From assembly GCA_049325535.1 (NCBI GenBank), contig JBMOKY010000001.1, forward strand, positions 877,942-941,941: a stretch of 64,000 nucleotides of DNA, written 5' to 3'. How positions within the stretch are numbered: position 1 is the stretch's first letter; each line of letters starts with the position of its first letter. The translations under genes and the position numbers were made by a program. The notes beneath the pieces were generated by a model. It was not told the DNA's origin. It was given only the letters and a program-made list of their open reading frames with translations, and searched no databases. Source of the DNA: Patescibacteria group bacterium. GTDB taxonomy: Bacteria; Patescibacteriota; Patescibacteriia; UBA10025; JAHIVO01. Positions 36,721 to 46,673 of this stretch are shown here, piece by piece.

Positions 36721-36749
36721 AGTATAGCAGAAAAAAAAGAATTTGTCTA
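36721..36749 (-). promoter_or_regulatory. Promoter for the giant gene
   Basis: TAGACA-17 nt-(TGn)TATACT, about 20 nt before GTG 36701; supports inclusion of the HTH in the CDS. Confidence 0.6.
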
Positions 36750-36834
36750 CTCAATGGCTACAATAAATAAACGCGATTTTCTCGCGCCCCGTCATATCTC
36801 TGAATGAGGCATAAATTATGGGCCGAAGACTCAA

Positions 36835-37557
36835 TTACTTAACAACTTTTTTCCTGCCTAAACGGAGCAAAATCACCTGCCAAAAGCTCTCAAACATGAT
36901 CCCTATACTAAACTTTGATTTACCGGCCCGCCGTTCTACGAATGTGATGGGAATTTCCCGGATATGCCATCCGGCGCGATAGGCACGGTAGGTAAGCTCA
37001 ATCTGAAAATTATACCCGCGCGAGGCTACGGCCGCTAAATCCATTTTTTCCAGCACCACCCGGCGAAAACATTTATAGCCCCCGGTGAGGTCATGAATCG
37101 GGGACCCGAGAATCAGCCGGATGAGCCGGTTTGCAGTCGAAGAAATGAATAGCCGCATGGCATGCCAGTTCTCTACCCCGCCGCCCTGGATATACCGAGA
37201 CCCGAGGACGATATCGGCGCTTTCGATGGCGCGCAGGAAATCCGGGATATACCGCGGCTGATGGGAAAAATCAGCATCCATCTCAAAGACATACGCCACC
37301 GTCGGATCGCGTAGTACCTGCTGGAATCCCGCCACATACGCTTTACCCAGCCCTTCTTTCTCTTTCCGGTGCAGTACCGCTACGCGGGACTCACGCCGGG
37401 CAATGTCATCCGCCAGCTGACCCGTCCCATCCGGGGAATTGTCATCGACCACCAGCACCGAAAGCTCGGGTACCGGAAGCGCCAGCAAAGCCCTGACGAT
37501 ATCCTCGAGGTTATCGCGCTCATTGTACGTCGGAAGAATGACCGTTGCTTTAGCCAT
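36835..37557 (-). CDS. Polyprenol monophosphomannose synthase-like GT2 glycosyltransferase
   Basis: LPTYNERDN, VDDNSPDGT, EMDADFSHQP, GSRY, DLTGGYKC. Confidence 0.9.
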   Translation of the reverse strand: MAKATVILPTYNERDNLEDIVRALLALPVPELSVLVVDDNSPDGTGQLADDIARRESRVAVLHRKEKEGLGKAYVAGFQQVLRDPTVAYVFEMDADFSHQPRYIPDFLRAIESADIVLGSRYIQGGGVENWHAMRLFISSTANRLIRLILGSPIHDLTGGYKCFRRVVLEKMDLAAVASRGYNFQIELTYRAYRAGWHIREIPITFVERRAGKSKFSIGIMFESFWQVILLRLGRKKVVK

Positions 37558-37651
37558 AGAATGAACTCAGTGTAGCACGCTAAACGAAAAAAGTGTATTG
37601 GCACCTTTTGACGCACGGCCTCTATTTTATTATAATAACCCCACTCAACCT

Positions 37652-39136
37652 ATGCCCGACCTCCTCAAGCCCAACGAAAAACAAGCGCAAAAGATTCGGA
37701 AATTTGACCCATCGATTTATCAGCCGTCCGAATCGTCTGGAGCCGCACCGCGTACTTCCACCCGCCGAGGATCACGCCTGCTTTTGTGGTCTTCAGTTAG
37801 TTTGGTGGTGGTCATCATCATGATCGGCGCAGTATTCATGACTCGCGTCATCGCGGCGGTAAACAGTACCAATACTGAAACCGGGGAAAAAGTGGGCCTC
37901 TTCGACCAGATCCGCCATCTCATCAGCAATCCCGAACAACAGCTCAATGGAGAGGCTGACGACCGAATCAATATTCTGCTGGCCGGCATCGGTGGCGCCG
38001 GACATCAGGGTGCCTATCTGGCCGATACTATCATCCTCATGAGCATCAAGCCGTCCACCAATGATATCGCCATGATGTCCATTCCACGCGACCTCTACGT
38101 AGAAATACCCGACTACGGCTTCCGCAAAATCAATAATGCGCTGGCATTCGGCGTTCAGTCAGACTATCCGGGCGGGGGTGAGGCGCTGCTCGCCCAGGTG
38201 GTATCTGATACCTTTGACGTGCCCGTTCATTATTTCGCTCGCATTGATTTTGAAGGCTTTCGCAAAGCCATCGATAATCTCGGCGGCATCGATGTCACTA
38301 TTGATGCTGCGTTTACCGACTACGAATACCCGGACTACAACTACGGCTACCAAGTAATCTCATTCAAAAAAGGTATCGAACACATGACCGGCGAACGGGC
38401 GCTCCAGTTTGTCCGCTCGCGCCACGGTAATAATGGCGAGGGGTCTGATTTCGCCCGCTCCCAGCGCCAACAAAAAGTCCTCTTTGCCCTGAAAAATCAA
38501 TTTTTCTCCGTCAATAACCTGATTAACCCATCGAGTGTGGTATCCGCTCTAGAAAGCCTGGGGCAGCACAATCAAACCAACATGGAAATATGGGAAATCG
38601 TCCGGCTGGCAAAAATGTCCGAACCAGTACAGAAAAGCGACATCATCACCATCACCCTCGACACGAGTGAAGAGGGATACCTCTATTCTGACCATACCCT
38701 GGACGGGGCTTACATCCTACGCCCCACCGCCGGTGATTTTACGGAAATACAGCTTCGGCTCGCCACTATCTTTGACACCAGCAATATCAGCCGTGAACAC
38801 GCGCGGATCGAAGTGCAAAATGGCACCACTACTGAAGGTTTGGCCACTCAAACGGCTGATCTGCTGCGGCAGGAGCACTTCAATGTGGTGCAGGTGGGCA
38901 ATGTCGACAGCGAAAACGAGGTCAGTACCACCACGATCTATGATCTGTCCAACGGCACCAAACCGTACACACTGGCCAGTTTGAAAAATCTGCTCAATGC
39001 CCGCATCGCCCCGGCGACGCCAGCGGCAGCCACCAACACTGGAATCCCCACGGCAGTCGACGACTCAGCCGACATACTTATCATTATCGGCGCTGATTAC
39101 ATCCAGCCATCCCAACTGACGCAAGCCACCAATTAA
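37652..39136 (+). CDS. LCP (LytR-CpsA-Psr) family protein with LytR C-terminal domain
   Basis: DTIIL, SIPRDL, FVRSRH, SDFARSQRQQ, VQNGT; start set at ATG 37652 after TATAAT (37631). Confidence 0.92.
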   Translation: MPDLLKPNEKQAQKIRKFDPSIYQPSESSGAAPRTSTRRGSRLLLWSSVSLVVVIIMIGAVFMTRVIAAVNSTNTETGEKVGLFDQIRHLISNPEQQLNGEADDRINILLAGIGGAGHQGAYLADTIILMSIKPSTNDIAMMSIPRDLYVEIPDYGFRKINNALAFGVQSDYPGGGEALLAQVVSDTFDVPVHYFARIDFEGFRKAIDNLGGIDVTIDAAFTDYEYPDYNYGYQVISFKKGIEHMTGERALQFVRSRHGNNGEGSDFARSQRQQKVLFALKNQFFSVNNLINPSSVVSALESLGQHNQTNMEIWEIVRLAKMSEPVQKSDIITITLDTSEEGYLYSDHTLDGAYILRPTAGDFTEIQLRLATIFDTSNISREHARIEVQNGTTTEGLATQTADLLRQEHFNVVQVGNVDSENEVSTTTIYDLSNGTKPYTLASLKNLLNARIAPATPAAATNTGIPTAVDDSADILIIIGADYIQPSQLTQATN

Positions 39137-39146
39137 CACAGGATCT

Positions 39147-40466
39147 ATGACCCGTTCCGTTCCGCATGTCGTGCTCGTAGGCAGAATCAATGCCGGGAAA
39201 TCAACGCTCTACAATAAACTCACCGAACAATTTTCGGCGATTGTTTCCGATGTCCCGGGAACGACGCGTGATATCAATGAGACGCTGATGCACTGGCGCC
39301 ATGCCACGTTTGCTTTAGTCGATACCGGGGGTCTCGATGCGGCCAGCCTCGGTTTGGTCGAAAAAAAAGTTCAAGAGCAGGCGTTTCGCGCAGTCAAATC
39401 GGCTACGCTCATCCTCTACGTCATCGACGGGAAGGGCGACGTCACGGCTATCGACCGGACGCTTGCCCGCTCGCTGCGCCAAGGTACCACGCCAGTCATC
39501 CTAGTCGCTACGAAACTCGATGGTCCCCGGTGGCGACGCCGCGTCTCTCCCCAGCTGTATTCCCTCGGCCTGGGCGACCCGCATCTCGTCTCAGGAACGA
39601 GCGGAGTGGGTACCGGTGACCTGCTCGATGCGATCGTCGAACGGCTACCAGCGAAAGCCTTTCGTGCCCGCACGTCAGAACTATTCATATCCATAGTCGG
39701 CAAAACAAATGTCGGCAAATCGTCCCTTTTCAATGCGCTCATCGGCGAAGAACGGGCCATCGTCACCCCCATTCCTCATACTACCCGGGATCCACACGAT
39801 GTCATCCTCACCTACCACGGAACCCCTCTGACCATCGTCGACACGGCGGGCCTGCGCCGTGACCGCAAACAATCAAGCGCCATCGAACATGTCAGCAGTA
39901 TGAAAACAAAGCAGATGATTGACCGATCGGATTTGTGCTGGCTGGTGACCGATGTCTCCGAACCATTGAGCGTCCAGGATCAAATCATCGCCCAGCACGC
40001 GCTCGATGCGCACAATAGCATCATCATCGTGGCAAACAAATGGGATCGCATCGCCAATAAAACCCCGCTCTCTATCCCCGAACATACCAAACGGTACCGA
40101 AATTTTTTCGCAGCGCTCGGCTGGGCGCCCATTCTCTTCGTTTCCGCCACGGAAAAGCAGCGCCTCGGCCAGCTGCTCAAGCTCACCATCGCTGTGGCCA
40201 GCGGCCGCAGACGAACACTGACACCACAACAGTTGAAATCGATGCTGACGATTTCCCCGCCCAAAAAGGCGGCACCGCGGAAAGGCACCAAATCAGCCAC
40301 TGACCTCAGGCTTAAACAAACGCGCTCTAACCCGCCGGTATTTACTCTGGCCACTCGGCATCCGGATCGCATCCATCCGGCGTATTGCAATTTTCTGGAG
40401 CGGCTGCTGCGTCAGCGGTATGATTTTACCGGCACCCCAATCCAGGTACAATTACAGAAAAACTAA
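39147..40466 (+). CDS. der: Ribosome biogenesis GTPase Der (EngA)
   Basis: Two G-domains GRINAGKST and GKTNVGKSS; TTRD, DTAG, NKWD; C-terminal FTGTPI. Confidence 0.95.
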   Translation: MTRSVPHVVLVGRINAGKSTLYNKLTEQFSAIVSDVPGTTRDINETLMHWRHATFALVDTGGLDAASLGLVEKKVQEQAFRAVKSATLILYVIDGKGDVTAIDRTLARSLRQGTTPVILVATKLDGPRWRRRVSPQLYSLGLGDPHLVSGTSGVGTGDLLDAIVERLPAKAFRARTSELFISIVGKTNVGKSSLFNALIGEERAIVTPIPHTTRDPHDVILTYHGTPLTIVDTAGLRRDRKQSSAIEHVSSMKTKQMIDRSDLCWLVTDVSEPLSVQDQIIAQHALDAHNSIIIVANKWDRIANKTPLSIPEHTKRYRNFFAALGWAPILFVSATEKQRLGQLLKLTIAVASGRRRTLTPQQLKSMLTISPPKKAAPRKGTKSATDLRLKQTRSNPPVFTLATRHPDRIHPAYCNFLERLLRQRYDFTGTPIQVQLQKN

Positions 40467-40477
40467 AGACGCACCCT

Positions 40478-41026
40478 ATGCGCTGCATCATCGGCCTCGG
40501 CAACCCAGAACCAATCTATGAAAAAACCCGGCATAACGCTGGCTGGATGACGCTCGATGCCCTGGCACCGGAACCGTGGGAATTGAAGAAAAAATTCAAT
40601 GCCGCCCTGCTGAAAACCATACGCCACGGCCAAGAGCTGCTGCTGGTCAAGCCGCACACCTATATGAACCGATCAGGAGAAGCCATCGCGGCCATCGCGG
40701 CTTTTTACCAGCTGCGCCCGGAAGAGTGCTGGCTGGTGCACGATGATATTGATTTACCCTGGGGCGTGATCCGCATCAGCCAGAATCGATCCGCGGGGGG
40801 GCACCGCGGAGTAGAATCAATATTTAATGCTCTGCATTCGCAGGCTTGTCCCCGATTCAGAATCGGTATCCGCCCGGAACATCCGTTTGATACCGAAGCG
40901 TACGTCCTGCAAAAATTCTCACCGGATCAGGCAGCACTATTGCCCGATATCATGACCAAAACCGTCGCTGCCATTGACCTGGCGCTTATATCCTCGCCAG
41001 CAGCAGCTGCCACGCGCTATAATTAA
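40478..41026 (+). CDS. pth: Peptidyl-tRNA hydrolase
   Basis: GLGNP, TRHNAG, KPHTYMNRSG, HDDID, GGHRG. Confidence 0.95.
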   Translation: MRCIIGLGNPEPIYEKTRHNAGWMTLDALAPEPWELKKKFNAALLKTIRHGQELLLVKPHTYMNRSGEAIAAIAAFYQLRPEECWLVHDDIDLPWGVIRISQNRSAGGHRGVESIFNALHSQACPRFRIGIRPEHPFDTEAYVLQKFSPDQAALLPDIMTKTVAAIDLALISSPAAAATRYN

Positions 41027-41029
41027 TCT

Positions 41030-42103
41030 ATGGACACCCAAACAAAACTCAGCATTGAACACATCCTCACCAAGACGGCCGAAAAGCGCTCGGCTGACCT
41101 GCACTTGTCCGTGGGGACACCCCCGGCACTCCGCGTCCATGACCAGCTCGTGCCCATGCCCGACGAACCGGTGGTGACGAAAGATTTTATGGAAACATTT
41201 GTCGAGATGATTCTGGACAATGAACAAGAACGAGTTCTGCAGGAACAGCGGGAGATTGTCATCGCCTACCAGCTCAACCGTCAAACCAGGTATCGAATAA
41301 ATATCTTCTACCAGCGTGGCGTGCTCGGTGCGTATCTGCGCCTGATCGGCAATGACATCATCGTCCTGGATAAACTCGGCCTACCCCCGTCCATCGAACA
41401 ATTCACGGCCGCCACCCGCGGGCTGATACTCGTCAGCGGTGCGTTTGGATCCGGAAAAACAACGACCTCAGCGTCCCTGATAGATTTTTATAATAAAAAC
41501 CGATCTGCCTACATATTAACCATCGAACGGCCAATCGAGTACCTGTTTACCAGCCAGCGCAGCATCGTCGAGCAGCGCGAGGTCGGACGCGACGCATTGT
41601 CATTTGACCACGCACTCCGTACTATTACTCAGGAGGATGTCGACATCCTATTTATTTCCGATCTCTCCGCACCAGAGGTGATAGCCAGCGCCATTTCCAT
41701 CGCTGCTTCAGGCCGGCTGGTCATCGGTAATGTCGAGGCTGACACCACGGTAAAAACTATCGAGCACCTGACCAATGCCTTTCCGGGAAATGAACAACAG
41801 CGTATCCGGGAACAATTAGCATCAAATCTGACGGGCATCATCTGCCAGCGGCTCGTACCGCGAGTTGGCGGCGGAACAGTGCCGGTAGCTGAAATAACCT
41901 TTGGCACACCGGCAATTCAGGCACATATAAAGGACGGTTCGCTCTACCAGATTCCTACTGTCATTCAGACGTCACGCGCCGAAGGGATGGTATCGCTCGA
42001 CTGGTCGCTGGCTGAACTGGTCAAAACAAATGAAGTCACCATTGAGACCGCATTGGAGCAAGCCAGTGACGAGCAGCAGCTCCGCTATATGTTGAATGCC
42101 TAA
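41030..42103 (+). CDS. PilT/PilU-family protein with degenerate catalytic motifs
   Basis: ADLHL, GSGKTT, QREVG, QRLVP match PilT, but Asp box, Walker B and His box are altered. Confidence 0.85.
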   Translation: MDTQTKLSIEHILTKTAEKRSADLHLSVGTPPALRVHDQLVPMPDEPVVTKDFMETFVEMILDNEQERVLQEQREIVIAYQLNRQTRYRINIFYQRGVLGAYLRLIGNDIIVLDKLGLPPSIEQFTAATRGLILVSGAFGSGKTTTSASLIDFYNKNRSAYILTIERPIEYLFTSQRSIVEQREVGRDALSFDHALRTITQEDVDILFISDLSAPEVIASAISIAASGRLVIGNVEADTTVKTIEHLTNAFPGNEQQRIREQLASNLTGIICQRLVPRVGGGTVPVAEITFGTPAIQAHIKDGSLYQIPTVIQTSRAEGMVSLDWSLAELVKTNEVTIETALEQASDEQQLRYMLNA

Positions 42104-42115
42104 TCAGCAGCGCCA

Positions 42116-43168
42116 ATGAAACTATTTGCAAAAAAATCACCGGATATCATCGGACTTGAGCTTGGCTCATCCGCCATCAAATTGGTGCAGCTCCGCATCG
42201 AACAAAACAAACACCAGTTGGTCACCTTTGGCATGGCCTTTCATGACCGCAGTGCCGTCCGCACCAGCGCGCTGGCTGATACTGCTCAGGTGCAGGAAAC
42301 GCTTACCCGAGTGCTGCAGCAGGCGCGGGTCACCACTGATCGGGTCGTGGTATCATTGCCAGCTATCAACGTATTTCATACCACCCTGGAAATTCCAAAC
42401 ATGCCAAAAAAAGACCTAGCCTCAGCCGTCCAGTGGGAAGCCAAAAGAACCATACCGCTCCCCCTGGAAAAAATGTCACTCGACTGGCAGGTTATCCCCA
42501 ATGCCTCCGGTGTACATGATACGCTCAACGTCATTCTCACCGCCGCTCCACGGACGGTGGTGGACCACTATGTCACCCTGATCAAAACCACCGGACTTTC
42601 ATTGGTCGGACTGGAAACCGAGGTCAATGCGCTTCAGCGCTCGATCTTGCCACGGGACCCGGGTACCTATCTGGTCATTGACATGGGGGCCAGTAATACG
42701 AACGCCATCGTCTTCAATAACCATATCCCCGTGGTCGTCCGGAATATCAGCGTCGGCGCTGATGTCATCGTCCAGCAAATCGCCAATACGCTCAATATAT
42801 CCGCCGAACGCGCGGCCATGATCCAGAAAGAGCTGGGTATACCATCCCGGCAAGCAAGCCATCCGGCTGCCGATACCATCCGGTTTGTCATGGAAACCCA
42901 AATCGCCAAGGAAATCCAGCGAGTGATTGGCGCTACCACCGGCACTGCTCAGCCCACCCGTATCATCCTGGTAGGCGGCGCCGCCCATCTCGCCCACGCT
43001 CCTGAGTATTTCACAGAACAGCTCGGCATCCCAGCAAGTATCGGGAACCCGTGGCAATACGTGCAATCCCACCCCGATCTAGCCGCAACCCTAGCTGAAC
43101 ACGGACCGGAATGTGCGGTAGCGGTCGGTTTAGCGCTCAAAACAAAAACTCCCGCACCGATTGCGTGA
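42116..43168 (+). CDS. pilM: Type IV pilus assembly protein PilM
   Basis: IGLELGSSAIKLV, WEAKRTIP, IDMGA, LVGGAA, AVGLA actin-like motifs. Confidence 0.88.
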   Translation: MKLFAKKSPDIIGLELGSSAIKLVQLRIEQNKHQLVTFGMAFHDRSAVRTSALADTAQVQETLTRVLQQARVTTDRVVVSLPAINVFHTTLEIPNMPKKDLASAVQWEAKRTIPLPLEKMSLDWQVIPNASGVHDTLNVILTAAPRTVVDHYVTLIKTTGLSLVGLETEVNALQRSILPRDPGTYLVIDMGASNTNAIVFNNHIPVVVRNISVGADVIVQQIANTLNISAERAAMIQKELGIPSRQASHPAADTIRFVMETQIAKEIQRVIGATTGTAQPTRIILVGGAAHLAHAPEYFTEQLGIPASIGNPWQYVQSHPDLAATLAEHGPECAVAVGLALKTKTPAPIA

Positions 43169-43408
43169 GCAGATTACTGCCTCCAAGCGTAAGATTATAT
43201 AGTATTGACTACACAACCTTATCTTAAGGCTACTGACAAAGGTTAGGAGGGGTGTCTTTGAGTTCGCCGCTTGGTAGGCAGAAATGTGGTCACGATGGAG
43301 TACGAGAGTTATGCACTTGCCTTTTTTCAAAAAACTGTAATAATACACCGTAGCAGACCCTGTCGATCCTGTCAAGCCTCATCACCGGCGCAGGGTATGT
43401 TTCGGTAA

Positions 43409-46400
43409 TTGCTACTGAATTTTCGTTCTTATAATTCACTCACTGTGCCTGCCCACCACTCTGAGAATGGAGACGTCGGCTCGCTGTTTCAGCCTATCAA
43501 CCGCCTCTTGTCCCAACAGGCGGAAATCGCGGTAAGCGGACTCCCAAATCTCACTACCCAGTCATATGTCCTCACGCGGAACCCCGAACTCCATAGTCGG
43601 GTGATTTTCTGGTTATTAAGCAGCGAGGAGATCGCCTCGGCGCACAAACTGTTGGCTTACTGGCACCGGATTTTTAAGATAAAACGTCACCTCTGGCTAC
43701 TCCATGACATCAGCCCCGTGCGCCTTTTCCAGCTCGGACGGCATGAGCCGCAAATCATACTCACGGATATCGCTGATTTGGAAGAGCGCTTCCCGTCGCT
43801 CCAGACCATGGATGAGCACACCCTCCAGCTGACCACCGGCCAATCACTCCAACCAGCCCAGCTCTCCCAGCAACTCATCAGCATGGGATATGACTTTTCT
43901 AGCCACGCCAGCGAAGCGGGGTATTTTGCCCGCCGCGGCGGCATTCTCGACGTCTATCCGGTCAATAGCGACTTGCCGGTACGATTGGAATTCACTGCCA
44001 CCGGAATTGAACAGATGCAGCGCTACAATCCCGTCGAGAAGAGGCTCACCCAACCGATCACCGAGCTGACCATCGTCGCTCAGCGATTCAAATCCCACCA
44101 TGCCCGCACCACCTGCCTCAATTATATGAGCGCCATCGCCAATCCCATACTACTCTATAATGAAATCACCGAACCGCCCGGCACTATCTCAAATTGGGAA
44201 CCGATCCAGCGGGCGCTGGAACAGTATACTCGGATCGTGGTCAAGGATTTCGATCAAAAGGCGGCACACATCGGCTTCGAACACGCGCCGCTCTACCACC
44301 AGGAGTTTACCCAGCTGATTGAGGATATCCGCACCTACCACCGGCAGCACTGGCGCATCGCGATCGCCACCCAGCGATCGCACGAACTGGAACAGCTGTT
44401 TAAAGCTTCGAAGATAAGCGTTCCAGTCAGCATCTGGCCAATCATGCGCGAATTGTCTGGCTTTGCCAATGATCGCGCCAAACTGGTGATGCTGACTGAC
44501 CGAGAAATATTTGGCGATATCATCGAGGAGCAGTCCCCGCGTAAACAGGTCGATCAAGCATTTATCATGGAATTGCAGCCGGGTGACTACATCGTGCACC
44601 TGGATCATGGCATCGGCCAATTCGTCGGCATGGCAAAAAACGTGGTCGAGGAAATCACCAAAGAATATTTTGTCCTTGAATACGCCGAAAAAGACAAACT
44701 CTACGTACCCGTCGAAACGGCGGATAAGATATCGAAATACATCGGGGTCGCCAATCCGAAACTGCACCGTCTCTCAGGCGGACAGTGGTACCAGCTCACC
44801 CGAAAGGTCAAACAAGAAGCGAAAGTGCTGGCCCAAGAATTGCTTAAAATATATGCCCAGCGGGAAATGACAAAGATCGCCCCCTTCGGCAAGGACACCC
44901 CTGAGGAAATTGAGCTGGCCACATCATTTCCCTACCGGGAAACTCCGGACCAGCACAAAGCCATCGCCGAAGTGCAGGCCGATCTGGAAAAAGAAACACC
45001 CATGGACCGACTCATCTGCGGAGATGTGGGTTTCGGCAAAACTGAAGTAGCGGTACGGGCAGCACTCAAAGCAGTGATGAACAAAACCCAAGTGGCACTA
45101 TTGTCGCCCACCACCATCCTCACCCAGCAGCACTATGACACCTTTCGGAAGCGACTGAAAAAATTCCCACTCCGCGTCGGCATCCTATCCCGGTTTGAAA
45201 CGGACCGGGAACAGAAAGAAACTATCCTCGGACTGAAAGCGGGGACCATCGATATCGTCATCGGTACGCATCGCCTCCTCTCCCACGACGTCCAGTTCAA
45301 ACGCCTCGGCCTGATCATCATCGATGAAGAGCAACGATTTGGCGTCAAGGCAAAAGAACGCCTCAAATCCCTGCGAACCCAGGCGCATGTCCTCACACTT
45401 ACGGCCACCCCTATCCCCCGGACGCTCAATATCGCCCTATCCGGCGTGCGAGATGTCAGTATCATCGAGACGCCACCCGAGGGACGACTGCCCATCGAGA
45501 CGCATATCGAGCCATACACCGATACTGCAGCGCAGGCAGTGCTGAAACGAGAGCTCGATCGAGGCGGACAGGCCTATTTCCTGCACAACAAAGTAGAAAC
45601 CATCGCTTTTGCCGCCCAGGAAATCCAAAAGCTCATTCCAAACGCCCGTCTCGGCATCGCTCACGGCCGGCTACCGGAAAAGGATCTGGCAAAAGCCATG
45701 GCGGATTTTGACAACATGAAAACGAACATTTTAGTTTGTTCCACTATCATCGAAAATGGTCTCGACCTGCCAAATGTCAATACTATGGTAGTGGATAATG
45801 CCACCAATTTTGGATTGGCCCAGCTGTACCAATTGCGGGGACGCATTGGCCGGGGTGACCGCCAAGCATACGCCTACTTCTTTTACCACCGCAAAAAACT
45901 AAAAGGCAATGCCAAAAAAAGATTACAGGCACTGATGGCCGCCAAGCGGCTAGGAAGCGGTTTCCAGTTAGCGTTGCGGGATCTGGAAATTCGCGGAGCT
46001 GGCAATATCCTCGGCAAAGAGCAACACGGCAAGGTATCGGCCATCGGCCTGTCCCTCTACACGCGGCTGCTGGCACAGGCAATCGAGGAACTGAAACATG
46101 GCAAAGTCCAAGAGCCAATCCGCGACATCGTGCTGGATCTGCCGATGGAAGCGTACATCCCCAAAGAATTCGTCGGTGAGGAAGAACGGATGGTGCTCTA
46201 TCAAAAAATGGCCGGAGTGACCACGACCGAGGATCTCAATGATATCAAAGATGCCATTATCCGCTCCCGCACCCGCGAGGAACAATTGCATATACCTGCA
46301 CCGCTACTCAATTTGTTTGAGGTGCTGGAAATCAAGCTGATGGCCCAGAAAACGGATATCTCACACATCGATACTACCCAAATAACCGACGACCAGGGTA

Positions 46401-46600
46401 TCCGCAGACGCCGCCTCGTCATCAAATTCCTATTTCCCCTCAAACCGGAAAATCTGGCGCGCCTGCTCCAACGCAACGCCGATTGGCAATTTACCGATGA
46501 CGCCCTGAAGATTGACCTCGAAAAACTGGGCGACCATTGGCTGGAGGAATTGAAAAAGGTCATCCGGCTCTACCAGCACCCCGAAAAACAAAAAAAATAG
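43409..46600 (+). CDS. mfd: Transcription-repair coupling factor (start uncertain)
   Basis: RGGILD, VHLDHGIG, CGDVGFGKTEVA, DEEQRFGV, TATPIPRTL, QLRGRIGR, RDLEIRGAGN. Confidence 0.96.
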   Translation: MLLNFRSYNSLTVPAHHSENGDVGSLFQPINRLLSQQAEIAVSGLPNLTTQSYVLTRNPELHSRVIFWLLSSEEIASAHKLLAYWHRIFKIKRHLWLLHDISPVRLFQLGRHEPQIILTDIADLEERFPSLQTMDEHTLQLTTGQSLQPAQLSQQLISMGYDFSSHASEAGYFARRGGILDVYPVNSDLPVRLEFTATGIEQMQRYNPVEKRLTQPITELTIVAQRFKSHHARTTCLNYMSAIANPILLYNEITEPPGTISNWEPIQRALEQYTRIVVKDFDQKAAHIGFEHAPLYHQEFTQLIEDIRTYHRQHWRIAIATQRSHELEQLFKASKISVPVSIWPIMRELSGFANDRAKLVMLTDREIFGDIIEEQSPRKQVDQAFIMELQPGDYIVHLDHGIGQFVGMAKNVVEEITKEYFVLEYAEKDKLYVPVETADKISKYIGVANPKLHRLSGGQWYQLTRKVKQEAKVLAQELLKIYAQREMTKIAPFGKDTPEEIELATSFPYRETPDQHKAIAEVQADLEKETPMDRLICGDVGFGKTEVAVRAALKAVMNKTQVALLSPTTILTQQHYDTFRKRLKKFPLRVGILSRFETDREQKETILGLKAGTIDIVIGTHRLLSHDVQFKRLGLIIIDEEQRFGVKAKERLKSLRTQAHVLTLTATPIPRTLNIALSGVRDVSIIETPPEGRLPIETHIEPYTDTAAQAVLKRELDRGGQAYFLHNKVETIAFAAQEIQKLIPNARLGIAHGRLPEKDLAKAMADFDNMKTNILVCSTIIENGLDLPNVNTMVVDNATNFGLAQLYQLRGRIGRGDRQAYAYFFYHRKKLKGNAKKRLQALMAAKRLGSGFQLALRDLEIRGAGNILGKEQHGKVSAIGLSLYTRLLAQAIEELKHGKVQEPIRDIVLDLPMEAYIPKEFVGEEERMVLYQKMAGVTTTEDLNDIKDAIIRSRTREEQLHIPAPLLNLFEVLEIKLMAQKTDISHIDTTQITDDQGIRRRRLVIKFLFPLKPENLARLLQRNADWQFTDDALKIDLEKLGDHWLEELKKVIRLYQHPEKQKK

Positions 46601-46644
46601 ACGGGCATTTGCCGAAAGCTACCACTGTGCTATAGTTCCAGTTG

Positions 46645-46673
46645 AGACCTTCCCCGCTTAAGGTCTTTTTTTT
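46645..46673 (+). terminator. Intrinsic terminator-like hairpin abutting the dprA start
   Basis: AGACCTT-8 nt-AAGGTCT followed by a T run. Confidence 0.6.

Noticed and set aside
43170-43385. tmRNA (GGATCGACAGG resembles its 5' end; ANSK... resembles a tag)
   Set aside because: No T-arm/CCA 3' end and no tag ending in Ala-Ala-stop; the motif is better explained as a promoter spacer
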